A DNA stretch of 58,793 nucleotides, filler included, from Jimgerdemannia flammicorona (GCA_003990765.1; 2 parts of 2 records of this genome joined end to end with filler, not necessarily neighbours in it); one strand, 5' to 3'. Shown: positions 1-13,716, counted from the first letter of the whole stretch. Notes: a model not told the origin generated them from the sequence alone. Numbers and translations: made by a program.

Positions 1-200
1 TCTATTAGGTAGTAATAATGACCACTCTGAGGCTCCCCGCCCCCCCCCTGCAATCAGCTATATATAACATCTCCTAATAATTCTTTCCATCTCACCAAAT
101 ATTCCTCCAAACTCATCTGTTGCCTCTCCTCAAATACATATAACTAGTAGTTAGTCAGCCCTACTTATACTGCTAAAACCCACCTAATAGTAAGCTACTC
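1..200 (-). mobile_element. Decayed 3' part of a Tx1/L1-like LINE ORF2; appears to resume at about 5411-5480 after the Ngaro insertion
   Basis: Joined 181-203 and 5411-5480 are colinear by eye with the LINE 3' region at about 29805-29890. Confidence 0.55.
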
Positions 201-437
201 AATGATAGAGCACATTCAAGCCCACAGGTCAATGGATGCAGAAATGTCTTGGATACTTAGGTCTTTAGTACTGTATGCCTTGTCTCTGTTTTAGGCTACA
301 TAGTGGGTGTATATGTTCTTTTTTGGTCTTCTTTGCTTAATGTTATCTATTTCAGCACTCTAAGTACTATATACTACTCTTTATATCATAATGTATATTT
401 ACATTCCCTTTTATATACATTTGTACTTACTTTTTCT
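201..437 (+). repeat. Split direct repeat A1 of the Ngaro element
   Basis: aatgatagagcacattcaagcccacaggtcaatggatgca... aligns with aatgagggggctcattcaagctcacagatcaatggataca... at 5020-5257. Confidence 0.88.
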
Positions 438-2399
438 AATTACATCATATTTACTATATACTCTATCTCAATGATGCTTGCTGTCAACTTCTGCCCTCTA
501 TGCTGATATAATCCCTCCAATATATCTAAAGGGCAACATGACCTCAGTTCTACATCCTGCTCATTCTGCTACAATATCTCTTTTATTGAACATGTGCTCC
601 ACATTTTACAAGATGATCTCAATGATGATGATAATCCTGACATTAGTACTTTGATTTTATATCTCAAAAATCTGCTGGAAGAAGCAACTTCTGCTTTCCC
701 CCAATGTTCTTTATGGCTCTCCACTCATATGATGTCCAAGACCCCTGTTTGAGTATAGTCTCCTACTCTAGAGCAGTCTATATCAGTAGCTCCACTGCTC
801 TCTTCTGTCAGCTCCATTAAGGCCAGCATTATTATACTGCAAGAATATTCTTCTGCCCAGGACTGCCACATCAATAAGCTACCCTACCTACTCTAAGCAC
901 ATCTGGCTATAACTATTATTGATACTCCAGCCTTGATCCTGAAAATTGAGATCTGCCCTTCCAGTAATTCCACTATCTCCATTATGAAACAATCATTTGT
1001 AGATTGTGCCACTATATCTCTATTGGTGGTTATTGCCTCTGGGTCTTCTCTTTGACAGCAATTCCTGCCTCTACCCCCCCAAGCTCTCATGATCTGCTTG
1101 GTAATCTATAGGGTAAGTTCTTTTCTCTATCTGCTATCTCTATTGCCACTACCTCCCACACTATTATTTATAGCATCAACCTCTCACTCAAGTATGCTCA
1201 TATCAACTAACACCTCTTGGCAGCAGTTCTCCACCACTTCTCTTGACCAGTTTCTGGAGCATAATGTCACATCTTCTAGCTTCCCTCCCAAGGCTCAATT
1301 TGTCAAAACAATCAATGACTTCAGCACAAGAGTCATTCTGTGGAGACCTCTGTCTATCATTAAGAATCTCTCAAATGTTCTGGCATTTCTTGCCATACTT
1401 CTCAGTTATTTCAGTATCCTCCAGAATGCTTTTCTCAGGCTCACCAAACCTACTCCATTCTTCACCTATACTACTGACTTCATTCTACTCTCTACATTTT
1501 TCTTCTAGTCAGTACTTCTTGACTATCATATCTTCTTTTATAATAAATGCTTAGCAGAGATTACAAATGATGGTATCTCTCCAACCTAGTGTCACTTATG
1601 GGCTTACTGCAACCCCAATTTATTCATAGTACTTAGTTTATACAAATGTTCCCAAATACTGATTACTGCTCCCAAGCCATCTAGGCTTCATGGTTCTCTA
1701 TAGCCCTCTCATCCTGCTGAAGGCTCAACCTCCTATGTAGGAGATAGTATAGTGAGCCATCCCACATGCCATGTCTACAATGGTATTACCAGTGATAGAT
1801 TTCCCACAAAGGATCTGGACTGTCAATGAAAGAACTGTTCCTATGCTCATATCTATATATAGTGTGGCAAAGACCATTTGTAGTCTCACTGTTTATATAA
1901 TCCACTTTTTCAGCCCTAGAAATTCACCTCTGCAACACTCACCTATATTCTTTTACCCATCCTGCTTACCTATATTCCTCTATCTGCTCTATCTGCCTGT
2001 GATCATCCACTCACTCCCAACATGTTTCTCCAACATCCAATTATACTTCCACCTGATGATATCACTCAGACTATTCTATGGGGATTTCCACTATTACCTA
2101 CTACTCTTCACTCTACTATATAGAGACACAAACTTCAATATTATCCTGATCAGTCCATCTCTCAGTCTACTATTACCACTATCACTCAAGGTGTACTTCT
2201 TTGTTTTGATGGCCCTCAGTACTACCTCTTAGCTCCCAACCACTATTCTACTCTAGACCATCCAGATGTCATTACCTCAGACATCATACAGGAGCTCCTG
2301 GCAGGTTGGGTCTGTAGTCCATTTTCAGTCCCTCTGTTTATCAACTTCCACTCATCCCTCCTTAGCACTGTGGCTAAGAAAAATTCCACCACTACTTGG

Positions 2400-3560
2400 T
2401 GACATATTTATGACCTATTCTGGCCCTGCAGTAGTTGATCAGTAAATACAGGCATTAATCATAATGCCTTCATACTGTCCTATATTCATTTCGATAATAC
2501 ATTGATCCTAATCCACTAGTTTGGCTAAAGTTGTCTGCTATCAAAGGTTGATCTTGCTAATGCCTATTACTATATACTCATCTACCCTGCTAATTGGGAG
2601 CTACTTGGTTTCAAATGATTGGGTCTGTTCTATTTTGACTGCTTTACCTCTTTTGGTGCATCTTCCTTACTATTTCTCTTTAACTTCTTCACTGAGCTCC
2701 TCATATAGATATCACTTTAGCATGGTCTCCAGGCTCTTATACATTATGTAGATAACTTTCTGCTAGTCTCTGTACTGGTTATCAGGGCAGTATCTGCCAA
2801 TCTCTAATCATTTCTATCCCTTAGCTGAGATCTCAGCTGGTCTATTCAAGAGCAGAAGGTTGAGGGACCATTGATATCTCTGGTTTTCCTAGGCATTGAG
2901 CTCGATTTAGTCATGATGGAAGCTCATCTCTTCATAGGCAAACTCAATACTATCATAATGCTTCTAAATCAGTAGTCTATATAGACATCTTGTACAAGGC
3001 TCCAACTTCAATTCCTCATTAGCTCCTTGGTCTTTGTTAGTAAAATCATCTCACCAGAATAGTTCTTTCTCCAGTGTTTTATTGATCTACTCTCTGGTAA
3101 CTCTAAATTCCATATCTCTTTACCTAATGCTTTCTATACTGATATTCAGTAGTGGCTTGCTTTTCCACCACTTTGGAATGGCATTTCAGTCATTCATCAA
3201 ATTGAGTAGTCTAGTTTGCCTGATGCTCATCTATGGACTGATGTCAGTAGCAACTTAGGCTTTAGGATATATTATGAAGAATTATGGTTCTCAGCCCTAT
3301 GGCCCCCCTGTCCTATGCTATATAATATTCAATTCAAAGAGCTCTATACCATTGTGGTGGCCCCTGCCACTTGGGGTACTCAGTGAACTTTCTGCCTGAT
3401 CCTTCATATAGATAACTAAGCAGTCATTGCTATTATCAACTCAGGCACTATATACAACTCTATTCTACTTGAGCTTCTTCACCAACTTTGTACTATATAT
3501 ATCTCTATCTTTAATAATGGCATTGCTGATACTTTGTCTCACTCTGACCTCTCTTGCTTT
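2400..3560 (+). pseudogene. DIRS/Ngaro reverse transcriptase-RNase H, disrupted
   Basis: Translated motifs: KVDLANAYYYILIYPANWELLGFK*LGLFYFD (about 2543-2640), IHYVDNF (decayed YxDD, about 2740-2760), LWTDVS (about 3232), IQFKELY..., HIDN*AV and NGIADTLS (about 3515-3540). Many stops and frameshifts. Confidence 0.85.
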
Positions 3561-3579
3561 TACTGCCTTACCCTCTATA

Positions 3580-4560
3580 TGTAGATACATCTGGCAATGA
3601 TTGATATCATCTGTATGCTATACTTCCATCTATCATTGTCTTCTTTCTATAGTTTAGACTGGAAAAATCTATACACTACTTATATTCTTCAGGACAATGC
3701 AGTCTTCTTCAATTCTGCAGCTTCTACAGTAACTATAGTTCTAGCAGCACCCTATCCACATCTGAGCTAATGCTAATGTATTGAGTCTATTATCTCAACT
3801 TACAGTATCTACAACCTACTACTATCAAGTAGTATCTCTCTACCATTTGGTCTTCACATTGACTCCAGTCTCACCAACCCTTTCATAGGCCTTCAATAGC
3901 TGCCCTGCATCATGTATGGTATCAAACAATGGCTGGGTATATGGCCAGTCCATTCTCAGCTCCCAATCACCATTGGTATCTTATATCAGCTCCCTGACCC
4001 TTCTGTGTCTGTAAGACTATAATGACCTCAATCTGGTAGTAGTGATGTCTCTGGCCTATGTCAGGTTTCCGAGGTTGGGTAAGTTTACATGAGATTATCC
4101 ATTTGATTCCTCCTTTTAGGTTTCTTGGAGCTGTATAGCCTTCCACCCTCATACATATTATAGATCCTATGCACATCACTCTGACTCTATCTGCTATGAT
4201 AATAGACTTCTTCTGATAGGACTACACCTTGTTTATCATCAAAATGGCACCAAACATATTATACATCATATCTCTACTTTGCTTTCTATTCCTCATCACC
4301 CCCAATCCAGCAGGTGCCCCTCTATTAACATGCTCTGCAAGCTGCCCCTTCTTCTGCTCCTACCTTATTCACCATCTCTGCTCTCTGCTTTCATGTATTG
4401 GGTTCAATCAAGCTCTCTATACCAGTCACAGTTTTTGGATTGGCACTATGTCAGACACCACTGCAGTGGGTCTGTCAGACTATAAAATTTAAACACTTGG
4501 GCACTGGTTAAGTGCAGTATTCTAAGAGTATATTCACATGCCCATATCTTGCATCTGTAA
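3580..4560 (+). pseudogene. Tyrosine recombinase of the Ngaro element, disrupted
   Basis: GFPRLGKFT (about 4065-4090, first catalytic Arg box) and YTSHSFWIG...GLSDYKI*TLGHWLSAVF*EYIH (about 4418-4537), a decayed HSFRIG...LGRW.S..F..Y motif. Confidence 0.85.
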
Positions 4561-4890
4561 TCTTTGAGCCTCTCTTACTTAGCCATTTTCCTCAGCCACC
4601 AATATTTCTAACTGCATATCCATGATATCAGTTAATTGGTAAAGTATATCTCACTGTATATGGGCCTGTGATATGTACCAGCTACATATTAATACAGAGT
4701 ACTTCACACTCTCCACATCATTCTAGTATCATGTTGCTCACAGTACCAACCTATCTTCTCTGCCTACACTTTCCTTCTTTTCTTTGAGTGTTGGTCATTT
4801 CTCATTCTCACTTCCCACACATCAGGTCATATAACACTTTCTTCCTCATTCTCACTTCCCCCATATCAGATCATATTACACTTATTTGGA

Positions 4891-5410
4891 CCAGTTATTG
4901 TACTGTATTTTTCTTTTCTTTTCACCCAAATACATATTTTTTGAATCAAAAATCTTTCCCAGAATTCTTTCTTCCCCCTTTGAACTTATTGTACCTCTTG
5001 ACATTATAGCAAAAGATTAAATGAGGGGGCTCATTCAAGCTCACAGATCAATGGATACAAGAATGTCTTAGACACTTAGGGATTTGACACCATATATCTT
5101 ATCTCTGTTTTGGGCTATATAGTGGGCATATATTTCCTTTTTTGGTCTTCTTTGCTTAATGCTATCTAATTTAGTACTCTATATACTATATACTACTCTT
5201 TATACTAGAACATACATTCATATTTACTTTTATATATATTTGTACTCACTTTTTCGACCACCCTCTATATATATAAGGGGCTGGTGTTTATACTGTATGT
5301 TTCTTTTCTTTCACCCCAATACATATTTCTTGAATCAAAAATCTTTTCTGAGGTTCTTTCTTCTCACTTCAAACTTATCATATCTCTTGATATTATTACA
5401 AAAGATTGAT
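4891..5410 (+). repeat. 3' split repeats B1-A2-B2 of the Ngaro element
   Basis: B1 4891-5020 and B2 5281-5410 share tactgta..ttcttttc..tcaccc.aatacatatt..ttgaatcaaaaatcttt...aaaagatt; A2 lies between them. Confidence 0.88.
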
Positions 5411-5642
5411 TACCAATATTACTCACCATTCTCACTCTCAGATCATTCCACTGACCCCTCTTATCATCCTCCCTCCTTAACATATCTAGGTATTTTTCAA
5501 CCTATATTCATAAATCACAAGTATCTCACACTCACTCAGCCAGTATTCAGATATCTGTATAAAATCTCTCTCTTATTTTACAATATAGCACTCCTTATAA
5601 TTAAAGTACCTGCTATCTATCAAGTAATCTCAGCATAATATT

Positions 5643-7043
5643 TATTGGGACAGCAACTCAATATATAGATATGTGACTTTAAACTATATGCTATTCTATC
5701 AGTTTTATATCATTCATTAATAATGTGTGAATTATGCAACATATGCATTTTGAATAAATTACTTCTTCTGTTTGTCACAATAGATTATGAGTCCCATTAG
5801 AAACTGAGTGACTATATAGTCTAATTAGTAGTGAGTCCCAGTAAGTGGCTAGAATATCTCTAGTTTATATATACATTATATTAATGAACATTGGTGTGAG
5901 CCAGAGTACTAAGATGAGTATCTCTACAATGGCCCCCCTTTAATAGAAAATGCAGTCCCATTGTAAGAGAAGTCTACTAATAGTAATAATGAAGTCCTTC
6001 CTAGTAGTAGAAGATGATTATTTCAAAGGTGCCCACCTAGGTATTTGAGATAATTACAAGTTCTCCCAGATAGTAGGTAAAATTCTCCCTAGTGTTGAGG
6101 CAATTATGAAACCCTCCTAAGTTGTTAAGGTAATTACAATAAGGTCAGCAATACAGTTAGCAATGAGGTACAGCCAATGAGGCCACAGAAAAGGCCAACA
6201 AGACTGAGGTCAGAATAGGCCAATAAGACTGACAAAGCCAGTATATATGAGACCAGTAATGAGATCAATAGGAATGAACCCAAACCCAAGGTCCAATATG
6301 GCAAATAAGATCAATGAGACTGACAAGGTCAGTGACATGGCCAGCAATGAGGTACAGAAATATTGCAAGCAATGAGGTACAGTAATATAGCCAGCAATAA
6401 GGCAAATCAGTTAAGAAAGTTATAGAAAGGGCTATCAAGACCAATGAGGTCAGGAAGAGACCAAAAGCATATACATATGAGGCAAATGCCAATATCAGCA
6501 GCATGGATACTACTAACAATATTCAGCAAATATATCAATATAGCCACATACTTTTACACTGATAAAGAGTAGTTATATTAACAGCATAGATAGTTCTGCC
6601 ATTTAGTAAAAGTGCAAATACAGCCAATGATAATGAAGATAATATCTGACTAATGGATTTTAGTACAACATAGTATATAATGCCACACTGTATATATTAG
6701 GAACAATAACAGCCAGTGCCAACAATATTATACATTCCAAAGATATAACAATAACAATAGTATTATATTAAGCAGAAGCATTGACATCCATAATTAATGA
6801 TATAAATAATACCCACCTTCTATGATGACTGAAGTGGGATACTTTTTGGGATATTAAAAGCCTTATATTGCATATACATTAACATCTCTCATCTATAAGT
6901 AGATTATATCTATTATATTTTTTTATGGGTATTTCAGATATTTTGGAATACTTTTCAACCTGCAATAATTCCGAGATAGTTATAATTCTGGGTTATATTT
7001 AGTTCTAGTTTTTTGTATATATTGTATTACTTTTTTATTCTAG

Positions 7044-7127
<84 letters not shown>

Positions 7128-7323
7128 GATATAGTAGATATTCCCTTTTTTTGTTTTGGATTATATATTACCTTGAGCTGAGGTATTGGGATGGCAACTT
7201 GATATATAGGTATATGACTTTATGCTATATACTATTCTATCAGTTTTATATCATTTATCAGTAATATATAAAATATACAATATATATATATTGAGTAAAT
7301 TACTTCTTCTATTTATTACAATA
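5643..7323 (+). mobile_element. Small decayed element bounded by about 140-bp direct repeats (LTR-like, probably non-autonomous)
   Basis: 5643-5782 matches 7184-7323, and the repeats end in ...gtcaca and ...ttaca. The first is followed by atagattatgagtccc, which resembles the AGGTTATGAGCCC post-LTR motif I recall from fungal gypsy elements. The interior is low-complexity with no recognisable domain. Confidence 0.5.
7050..7126. repeat. Poly(T) tract, 77 nt
   Basis: Uninterrupted T run. Confidence 0.97.
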
Positions 7324-9330
7324 ATATTCCTTCTCAATAAATACCACTATACTACTCAGTACTTTAGAGAGAGTTACTACTATACCTAAGTACTTCAGAA
7401 TCAGATATCTGCTCATTTCTATCTCTTGTCAATCTCAACTATCTGTCAGCCCATAGGCTACAAATCCTGAACCATCTCACATTAATACTCCACTCTAGCA
7501 CTAATGTCAAGAGTCCTCTAGAGGAAAATTCTACAATAGTAACCTATTCTATCTCTACATTACTAGACCCCATCTATCTCTCTCTTAGCACTCTATTAGT
7601 ATAACCCAATAAATGAGCACTATTAACCACTCTTTACTAGAAGTTTCTTTAATATATATATCTATAGTTATTTAGTTCAACCAATGATAACAGATCTCCT
7701 AAAAAGCCTCTGAGAGAAAATCTCCTCTCCCAGCCCTTCTGCATCAGTGGCACCTACCCACCTCTCTGCAGTTCAATAGCTCACTTCAACTACAAAGCTC
7801 TCAGACAATATAACCTTTTAGAGAAGTCCACCAGACCAAGACCTCCACTATTCACTAATATAGCCTAAATCTCTCATCCTATCTGATACTCCCCTCTAGC
7901 CCAGATCCAATTATTAGCTAACTTTACTAATCTTATTACTACTTAGGCTAAAAAGTCCAAGTGATAAGCCAGATACTATAACTTTAGCAATCAGTAAACA
8001 TTTAGTATTGACAGCCATCTGGCCAGAGAGATATAATACCTCTATTGGCTCTAAAGTACTGCTCTCCAAACAGCTATCTTCCTGTCTTACCAAACTCTAG
8101 ACAAGACAGATTTATATACTAATAAGAAGATATCTAGATATTTCACTGCTTCCTTAGTAGAGACAATTGTTCAATGATATCTCTATTCAGAAGTCTATTC
8201 TCTAACACTATTATCTCACTCTTATACTAGTTGACCTTTACTCTAGAGTTTTTTACATATTATTGAACTATCTCTCTCAGTACTCCAATATTAGTAACTG
8301 AGTCAAGACAAATCACTTTATTATTAGCAAAAGCCCCTACCTTCTATACTATTTTAAAAACTGAGAGACCAGCCACCTTATATTGAATCCTATCTATCAA
8401 TGGCATTAATGATAGAGTATATAGAATAGGAGTCAATAGTTCCTCTGAGACATACTCCTCACTAATAGAAATGTGATACTATGATGACCATTATACATAA
8501 AGACCACCTGACTACTCTAACTCTAGACAAATTATTAAAACCTAGAAATACTAAGGAATATAAATCCTATTCAGTACATTTTCTAGCCAAACTCTCCAAA
8601 CCTGATCATAGGCCTACTCCTGATCCAGAAATACCAACTATCCATCCAACCCACTTGCCCTTATCCTCTTAATCATACCATATACTCAAGCCATCTCATC
8701 TCTAATAAGCTAGACCACAACAAAGCCATGCTGCTCCTCACTCAATACCTATTAGGCCACTCTCTATAGCCACAATAATCACCTTCATAACCAGCTTCCT
8801 GTCTATATTCAGATGTATCATCAGCTTCCAATTCTTCCAATTCTCTCTTCTGACTTTATCCTTAAATAGCAGTACTATCAAACCAAAATCCTTCTCTCTG
8901 ACCTATTCTCTAGAAAAGAGAATACAATTACAAAGTATAGTTATCTCCTCCAACACTCTAGGAACCTCTGTAATATTCTTCCAGAAGTCCTAGGGCAGAC
9001 CATTCTCATGATATCCAGGACCTATAGAATCTCCTCCTTCTCAACTGGCATAACTAAATCTCCAAGACTTTTCACCTATGGCAGTTGCCAATCTATCAGA
9101 GAGTTCAGCATCAGTACCCTCTTTCTTCTCACTCTACAGATCTCTCCATTTCTCCTTTAGAGAGCTGAAGTTCTACTGAGTATCATATACTATTATACCT
9201 TCAATATCCAATACTCTATTCTATAACTTCCATCTGAAGTAGATGCAATATTAACCTAGAAGGCTGCTCACCTTCCTCAAGCCCCTACCATCTCAACTGA
9301 GCTTCCATTTCCTTGATATGAGTCTTCTCC
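7324..9330 (-). mobile_element. Heavily decayed LINE ORF2 (RT) fragment
   Basis: The reverse strand gives KVGAFANN (decayed AFADD, about 8320-8345) and is colinear with the LINE ORF2 at about 30000-32200. Confidence 0.8.
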
Positions 9331-9615
9331 TCCCTCCTTAGAGAAGGAGGGTCCTTTGGTAGAGGTCATAAGAACTGGGCTATCAGTTGTAGAGGTGGTA
9401 GTACTGATGGCTTAGTGTCTGAGGTGGGATCTGAGAGCAGTCCAGCTACTAGTAAAAGGAGTATCTATGGTAACAACTGTCAAAACAAGAAGAAGGATAG
9501 AGGAGATTATTGGAGAGTATAGAGAGGTCATCTTTCTCTACTAATATTCATATCACACAAACTTTATAATATGCTCTAGAGTAGTTTATTGGAAAAGGAC
9601 ACTAGTCAAGTACAT
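9331..9615 (+). mobile_element. LINE ORF1 fragment followed directly by a new LINE 5' end at 9530
   Basis: tgtctgaggtgggat... (CLRWD motif of ORF1), then atctttctctactaatattcatatcacacaa, the family 5'-end motif. Confidence 0.7.
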
Positions 9616-10782
9616 TGCCCCTTTCTCTACTACTTTACCAGTTATAAGATTTGATAAGTAATTTTTTAAATCTCTTTCTACAACTTATATCTCCTCTACC
9701 TCAGGTTGGTTTACTATACCTATTGCAGAGTAGTGGAAGAGAGACAATAGTGATGAGTTGTCCCTTTATTAATATCAGATCAGTCCTTTCTCTTATTTTT
9801 CATCATTTCTAGTACCTATGGCTATATTTGAGATATACTCATTTTGGTATAGCATCTTCTTCCTTTTACTATTATCAATAAGATATCATCTCAGTATATT
9901 ATAAATTACATAGAGAGTTGGCCAATCTTGGATATTAAGTGCTAGTATATATAGGTTATCTACAGTTTCTCAGTATCTATAGTAGGGTTCTCTAAGCTTT
10001 GGCAAGCTTTCCAGCAAGTATAATTCTAGTATAGATGACTGTTTTTCAGATAGAGTTGAGATAAGAGAGGAGATGGCCATTACAGATAAGAGGAAGGGTA
10101 ATTACAGTAGACCAGTTAGGTGCCAGGCTGGTGACAGTCATCAGAACTAGGGAAGGTGCTATATTGGTGAAGTCTTCTGATTAGTACAAAGTAGTTAGAT
10201 AGTAGATACTACTCTCAGTAGCTCTGGATATACTATAGTATTACTGGAGAGTTTTTGAGCAGCCCAAGGCTACTCAGGTCAGATATTTTAGCTATACTTA
10301 ACTAAAACTAGGAGCTGATATAGAAATATGATCAAGATCTACAGGCTTGAGTAGTGGGCTATTGGAGATCTTCACTCATCTTATATATAAGTTCTCTACT
10401 CATCACATTAGGAAGAACTAGGTCTTACTCACTATTCTGTATTTTTTGATAGATTTTTTCTTTATCTGTTGCTCTGTTTGGGGTAGCAGAAACTATTCTA
10501 TTTGACTCAGATATGGTCTTATATATATATTGGAGTTTTGGGTATATTTTTTTAGTCATTAATATATATATAGTTACTTTCCTCCTAATGATAGAGAGAG
10601 CATAGTATACAGAATGAGATATAGGCCTTTAGCCTTACTATACCTGATATAGTTGAGCTGCTGGAAATAGCTAGCTTAGGATTAATAAGAGTACAGTACT
10701 CAGGGGGGGGAGGGGGAGGGAGTTTTGGCCTATATAGTCTAGGTTTTCTTTCAATAAAAATCTGTTGAAGATAGAGTCAATT

Positions 10783-10819
10783 AAAAAATAAAAATAAAAT
10801 AAAATAAAATAAAATAAAA
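10783..10819 (+). repeat. (TAAAA)n tract, possibly a retroelement 3' tail
   Basis: aaaaaataaaaataaaataaaataaaataaaataaaa, preceded by aataaa at about 10753. Confidence 0.6.
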
Positions 10820-10829
10820 GAGAAAGACA

Positions 10830-11990
10830 TTAATAATATAGTGAGAAATAAGTAATCAGTACTAGTACAAATACTATCTTGCTGGGGGGGGAGAAGACCT
10901 ATAACTCTTGGTAAAAAGCATATTAGTGATATATACTAGATGAGTGAAGCTGGGAGAGGTGGACTTGTATATAGTCAGAGAGAAATAATGAGCAAGAGTA
11001 TTAAGGAGTGATAGAGTGGTTGGAAAACTGAGAGCTGAGATTTTGGCTATATTCTTGAAAGAGAAAGATTATGAATTAGTGATAGTTGCTGAAGAGTATA
11101 CTACTTTCTGATAGAAGTAGAGGTATGAACCTCAGCTCTGATAGGTGGTATAGAGAAGTGTAAGGTAGAGATAGAGGCTTAGAATAACTAAGAGATTACA
11201 GAGATACTTGCTAGAATAGATATAAAGAAGGTTGAGGAGATAGAAGAAAATGTGGAATATGATCTAGGTTTGATTAGAAAGGAGATAAGTATGGAACTGT
11301 GAGGGGGATGGGACTACTTCGGAATATTACTTTCTTATAAACAGTATTACTAATATTTTTTTGCTGAATATAAATTGTCTAATGGGCTCTATAAGGTATA
11401 GGAATATTTTTACTTAGCTGAAGGGCTTAGAAGCAGACCTTTTTCTACTATAGAATATATACTGTAAAGATGAATTAGACAGTTAGAAGTAGATGAGAGA
11501 ATGGGATAGTGCTGCAGTTTAAAGATAAAAAGAAGATATTCTGGTATAGAGAAGTAAGAGGGAATTATGTGAGATTGATAGATGGAGTAATAACTTATTA
11601 TATATAGAGAGTAGAGTAGACTAGAGTGAGATTTAGTAAAGATAGAATTCTGCTATTATCTATCAATTGGGAGTGACTGAGTAGAGTGGCTAGATTGACT
11701 TCATAAGTATAATAACCTGATATAAATATATTGAGTGGGGACTTTAATATAGTAAGAGGTATGCTATTAGATAGGACTGATAGAGAGAGGTGTGCTATAC
11801 ACTGGAGTAATAGTCAGAATGTTTAAGAGAAAGTAGAGCATCTAAGTTCACTAGTGGATACTGACAGAATGGTATAGGGGGACCAGAGGGTCTATATTTA
11901 CTGAGTGAATAGACTTAAGATAAGAATTAACTAGATATTGACTACTCACTACTGAGAGATAGATATCTGAGTGACTTTAGAATAGAATGA
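10830..11990 (+). mobile_element. Decayed LINE fragment: ORF1 C-terminus and ORF2 AP-endonuclease start
   Basis: ataaacagtattactaatatt (decayed MNSxTNI, about 11337) and ggggactttaat (GDFN, about 11737); colinear with 55600-56700. Confidence 0.75.
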
Positions 11991-12389
11991 CACCCACCCA
12001 GACCAATTCTCTATCTTTACCTTGTTAGCAAAACTCAAATACCTCTGTCTTCCTCTATTTATACCCAGCTATCAACTTCTATCTTATCTGTCTTGCCAAC
12101 TCTTACTGCTGATAAACACTAACCCTATATCATACCCTCTTCTGACATATTGTCAGTCAAAGGCCCCAGGTCTACTCAATTCAGTATACTTGTTAGAAAG
12201 CTTATTGATTACTATATTATTAGTATCTTTCTTTAATAAATTACTCAAGAGTATATTGAGAAGTTTATATTATATAAATATTAGTAGAGAAAGGTATGGG
12301 CCATCTCTTTCTCACCTCTTCCTTATCAGCTCATTTTCCCTTAACTGCTGTATAAATAGAATCCTCCACTCTCTCAAGTTGAGAAAATA

Positions 12390-13319
12390 ACACCTCTACT
12401 ACCTCTACCCCTTCTATCTAATTATAGTCAATCTCAGCTCTCTCTATCATATCTTTTGCAGACCTCTGCAATACTACCTGCAGATACTTTCAGTTCTTCT
12501 TCCTCTATCTCTATCTCTTTCTATCTAGTAGAAAACAAATCCAGTCCTTAGTGAACTTCTTTTATTTTCTCTTATATATTCTCTTAGTAGCGCTTCTCTC
12601 CTCAAGAGTAATAAACAGCTCCTCCCTCTTATTCTATATCCTTTCTCCTATATACATTATACTCCTGGCCAGCTATGCTGATTATATCAGACTAGTTCTT
12701 CTCTAATTCTGTGCCTTCCTTACCCTCCAGACATACTATTGCCTATAGTTTCTATTTCTTGACTAAGCATTCTCTTAGAACATATACCTAAAATCCACTA
12801 TCTCACTATACTGCTCTAAGGCCTCTGCTATCACCTCTTTATCTCTTGCCTACCTAGTTTCAGCAATCCTTCAACTACTAAACACACAGTATATAGATCT
12901 TATCTCCAATATCTTACCATATTAACCTTAATATACTTGATGGTCAACTCTTTCTCCAGAGTCTCTATTATTTCTTTCTCCTTCATAAAGCCAATCTACA
13001 CTATCTCTGCTGACAGAATAAACTTCAATAGCTCAGCTCTAGTAGGTTCCTCTCTCACCAACTATAGCACCTCTCTGACAGATATCCTGAGTTTCAAGAA
13101 GTTGGCTGAGATTATCTATGTATATTAATACTGATTTATAAAAGAATAGATATACCACTGGCTCACCAATTTCTGCTATTAGCATAGTCTTCCTCTTACG
13201 TCCAGACACCCCAGTAGTAATATCTTCAGTTATATTATCTCTAATAACAGTTGCACCACTAGTCACCAGACAAGTTCCAGAACTGTCAGTTATACTAATT
13301 ACATCCATCTATCTCAAAC
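12390..13319 (-). mobile_element. Decayed ORF1 fragment of LINE family 2
   Basis: Colinear with 46100-46950, for example atactgatttataaaagaat here versus atactgatttgtaaaagaat there. Confidence 0.75.
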
Positions 13320-13530
13320 TAGTGCTCTGAATGAGTTTGAATCAGTTCAAATTCATTACATTACTAATTCAAAATAATCAGAATTAATTCAAATCAGTTC
13401 AAATTGTGACTACTCTAATTCAAATCTCTAAACTAGTAATTTTAATTTTGCAAACTAATCAAACCTATTATATAATTCACTCATACATATAAATGGAGAA
13501 ACATGAGAGAAAAATACAACCAAACATATA

Positions 13531-13716
13531 TGGTCCAATTTGAATCTTATTTTTTGAAATGTTATAACTTGATGAATATATATCCAAATTCAATGATCTT
13601 TAGCCTGTTAGATTTCCCTTATATAGGGGAATCTAACAAGCTAAAGATCATTGAATTTGGACATATATTTATCAAGTTATTACATTTCAAAAAATAGGGT
13701 TTGAATCAGATCTATG
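13531..13716. repeat. About 185-bp near-perfect palindrome with almost no loop
   Basis: Left arm ...ttatttttt gaaatgttataacttgatgaatatatatccaaattcaatgatctttagcctgttagatttccct is the reverse complement of the right arm aggggaatctaacaagctaaagatcattgaatttggacatatatttatcaagttattacatttcaaaaaata...; centre about 13622. Confidence 0.9.

Larger units (their letters stand above)
201..5410 (+). mobile_element. Ngaro/PAT-type tyrosine-recombinase (DIRS-order) retrotransposon, full-length but decayed
   Basis: Split direct repeats in the order A1(201-437)...B1(4891-5020)-A2(5020-5257)-B2(5281-5410). Internal RT, RNase H and tyrosine recombinase motifs occur in the expected order. Confidence 0.88.

Noticed and set aside
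7013..7264. Poly-Phe ORF
   Set aside because: Translation artefact of the poly(T) tract.
9616..10780. Possible coding remnant
   Set aside because: Too decayed; no motif I can assign on either strand.
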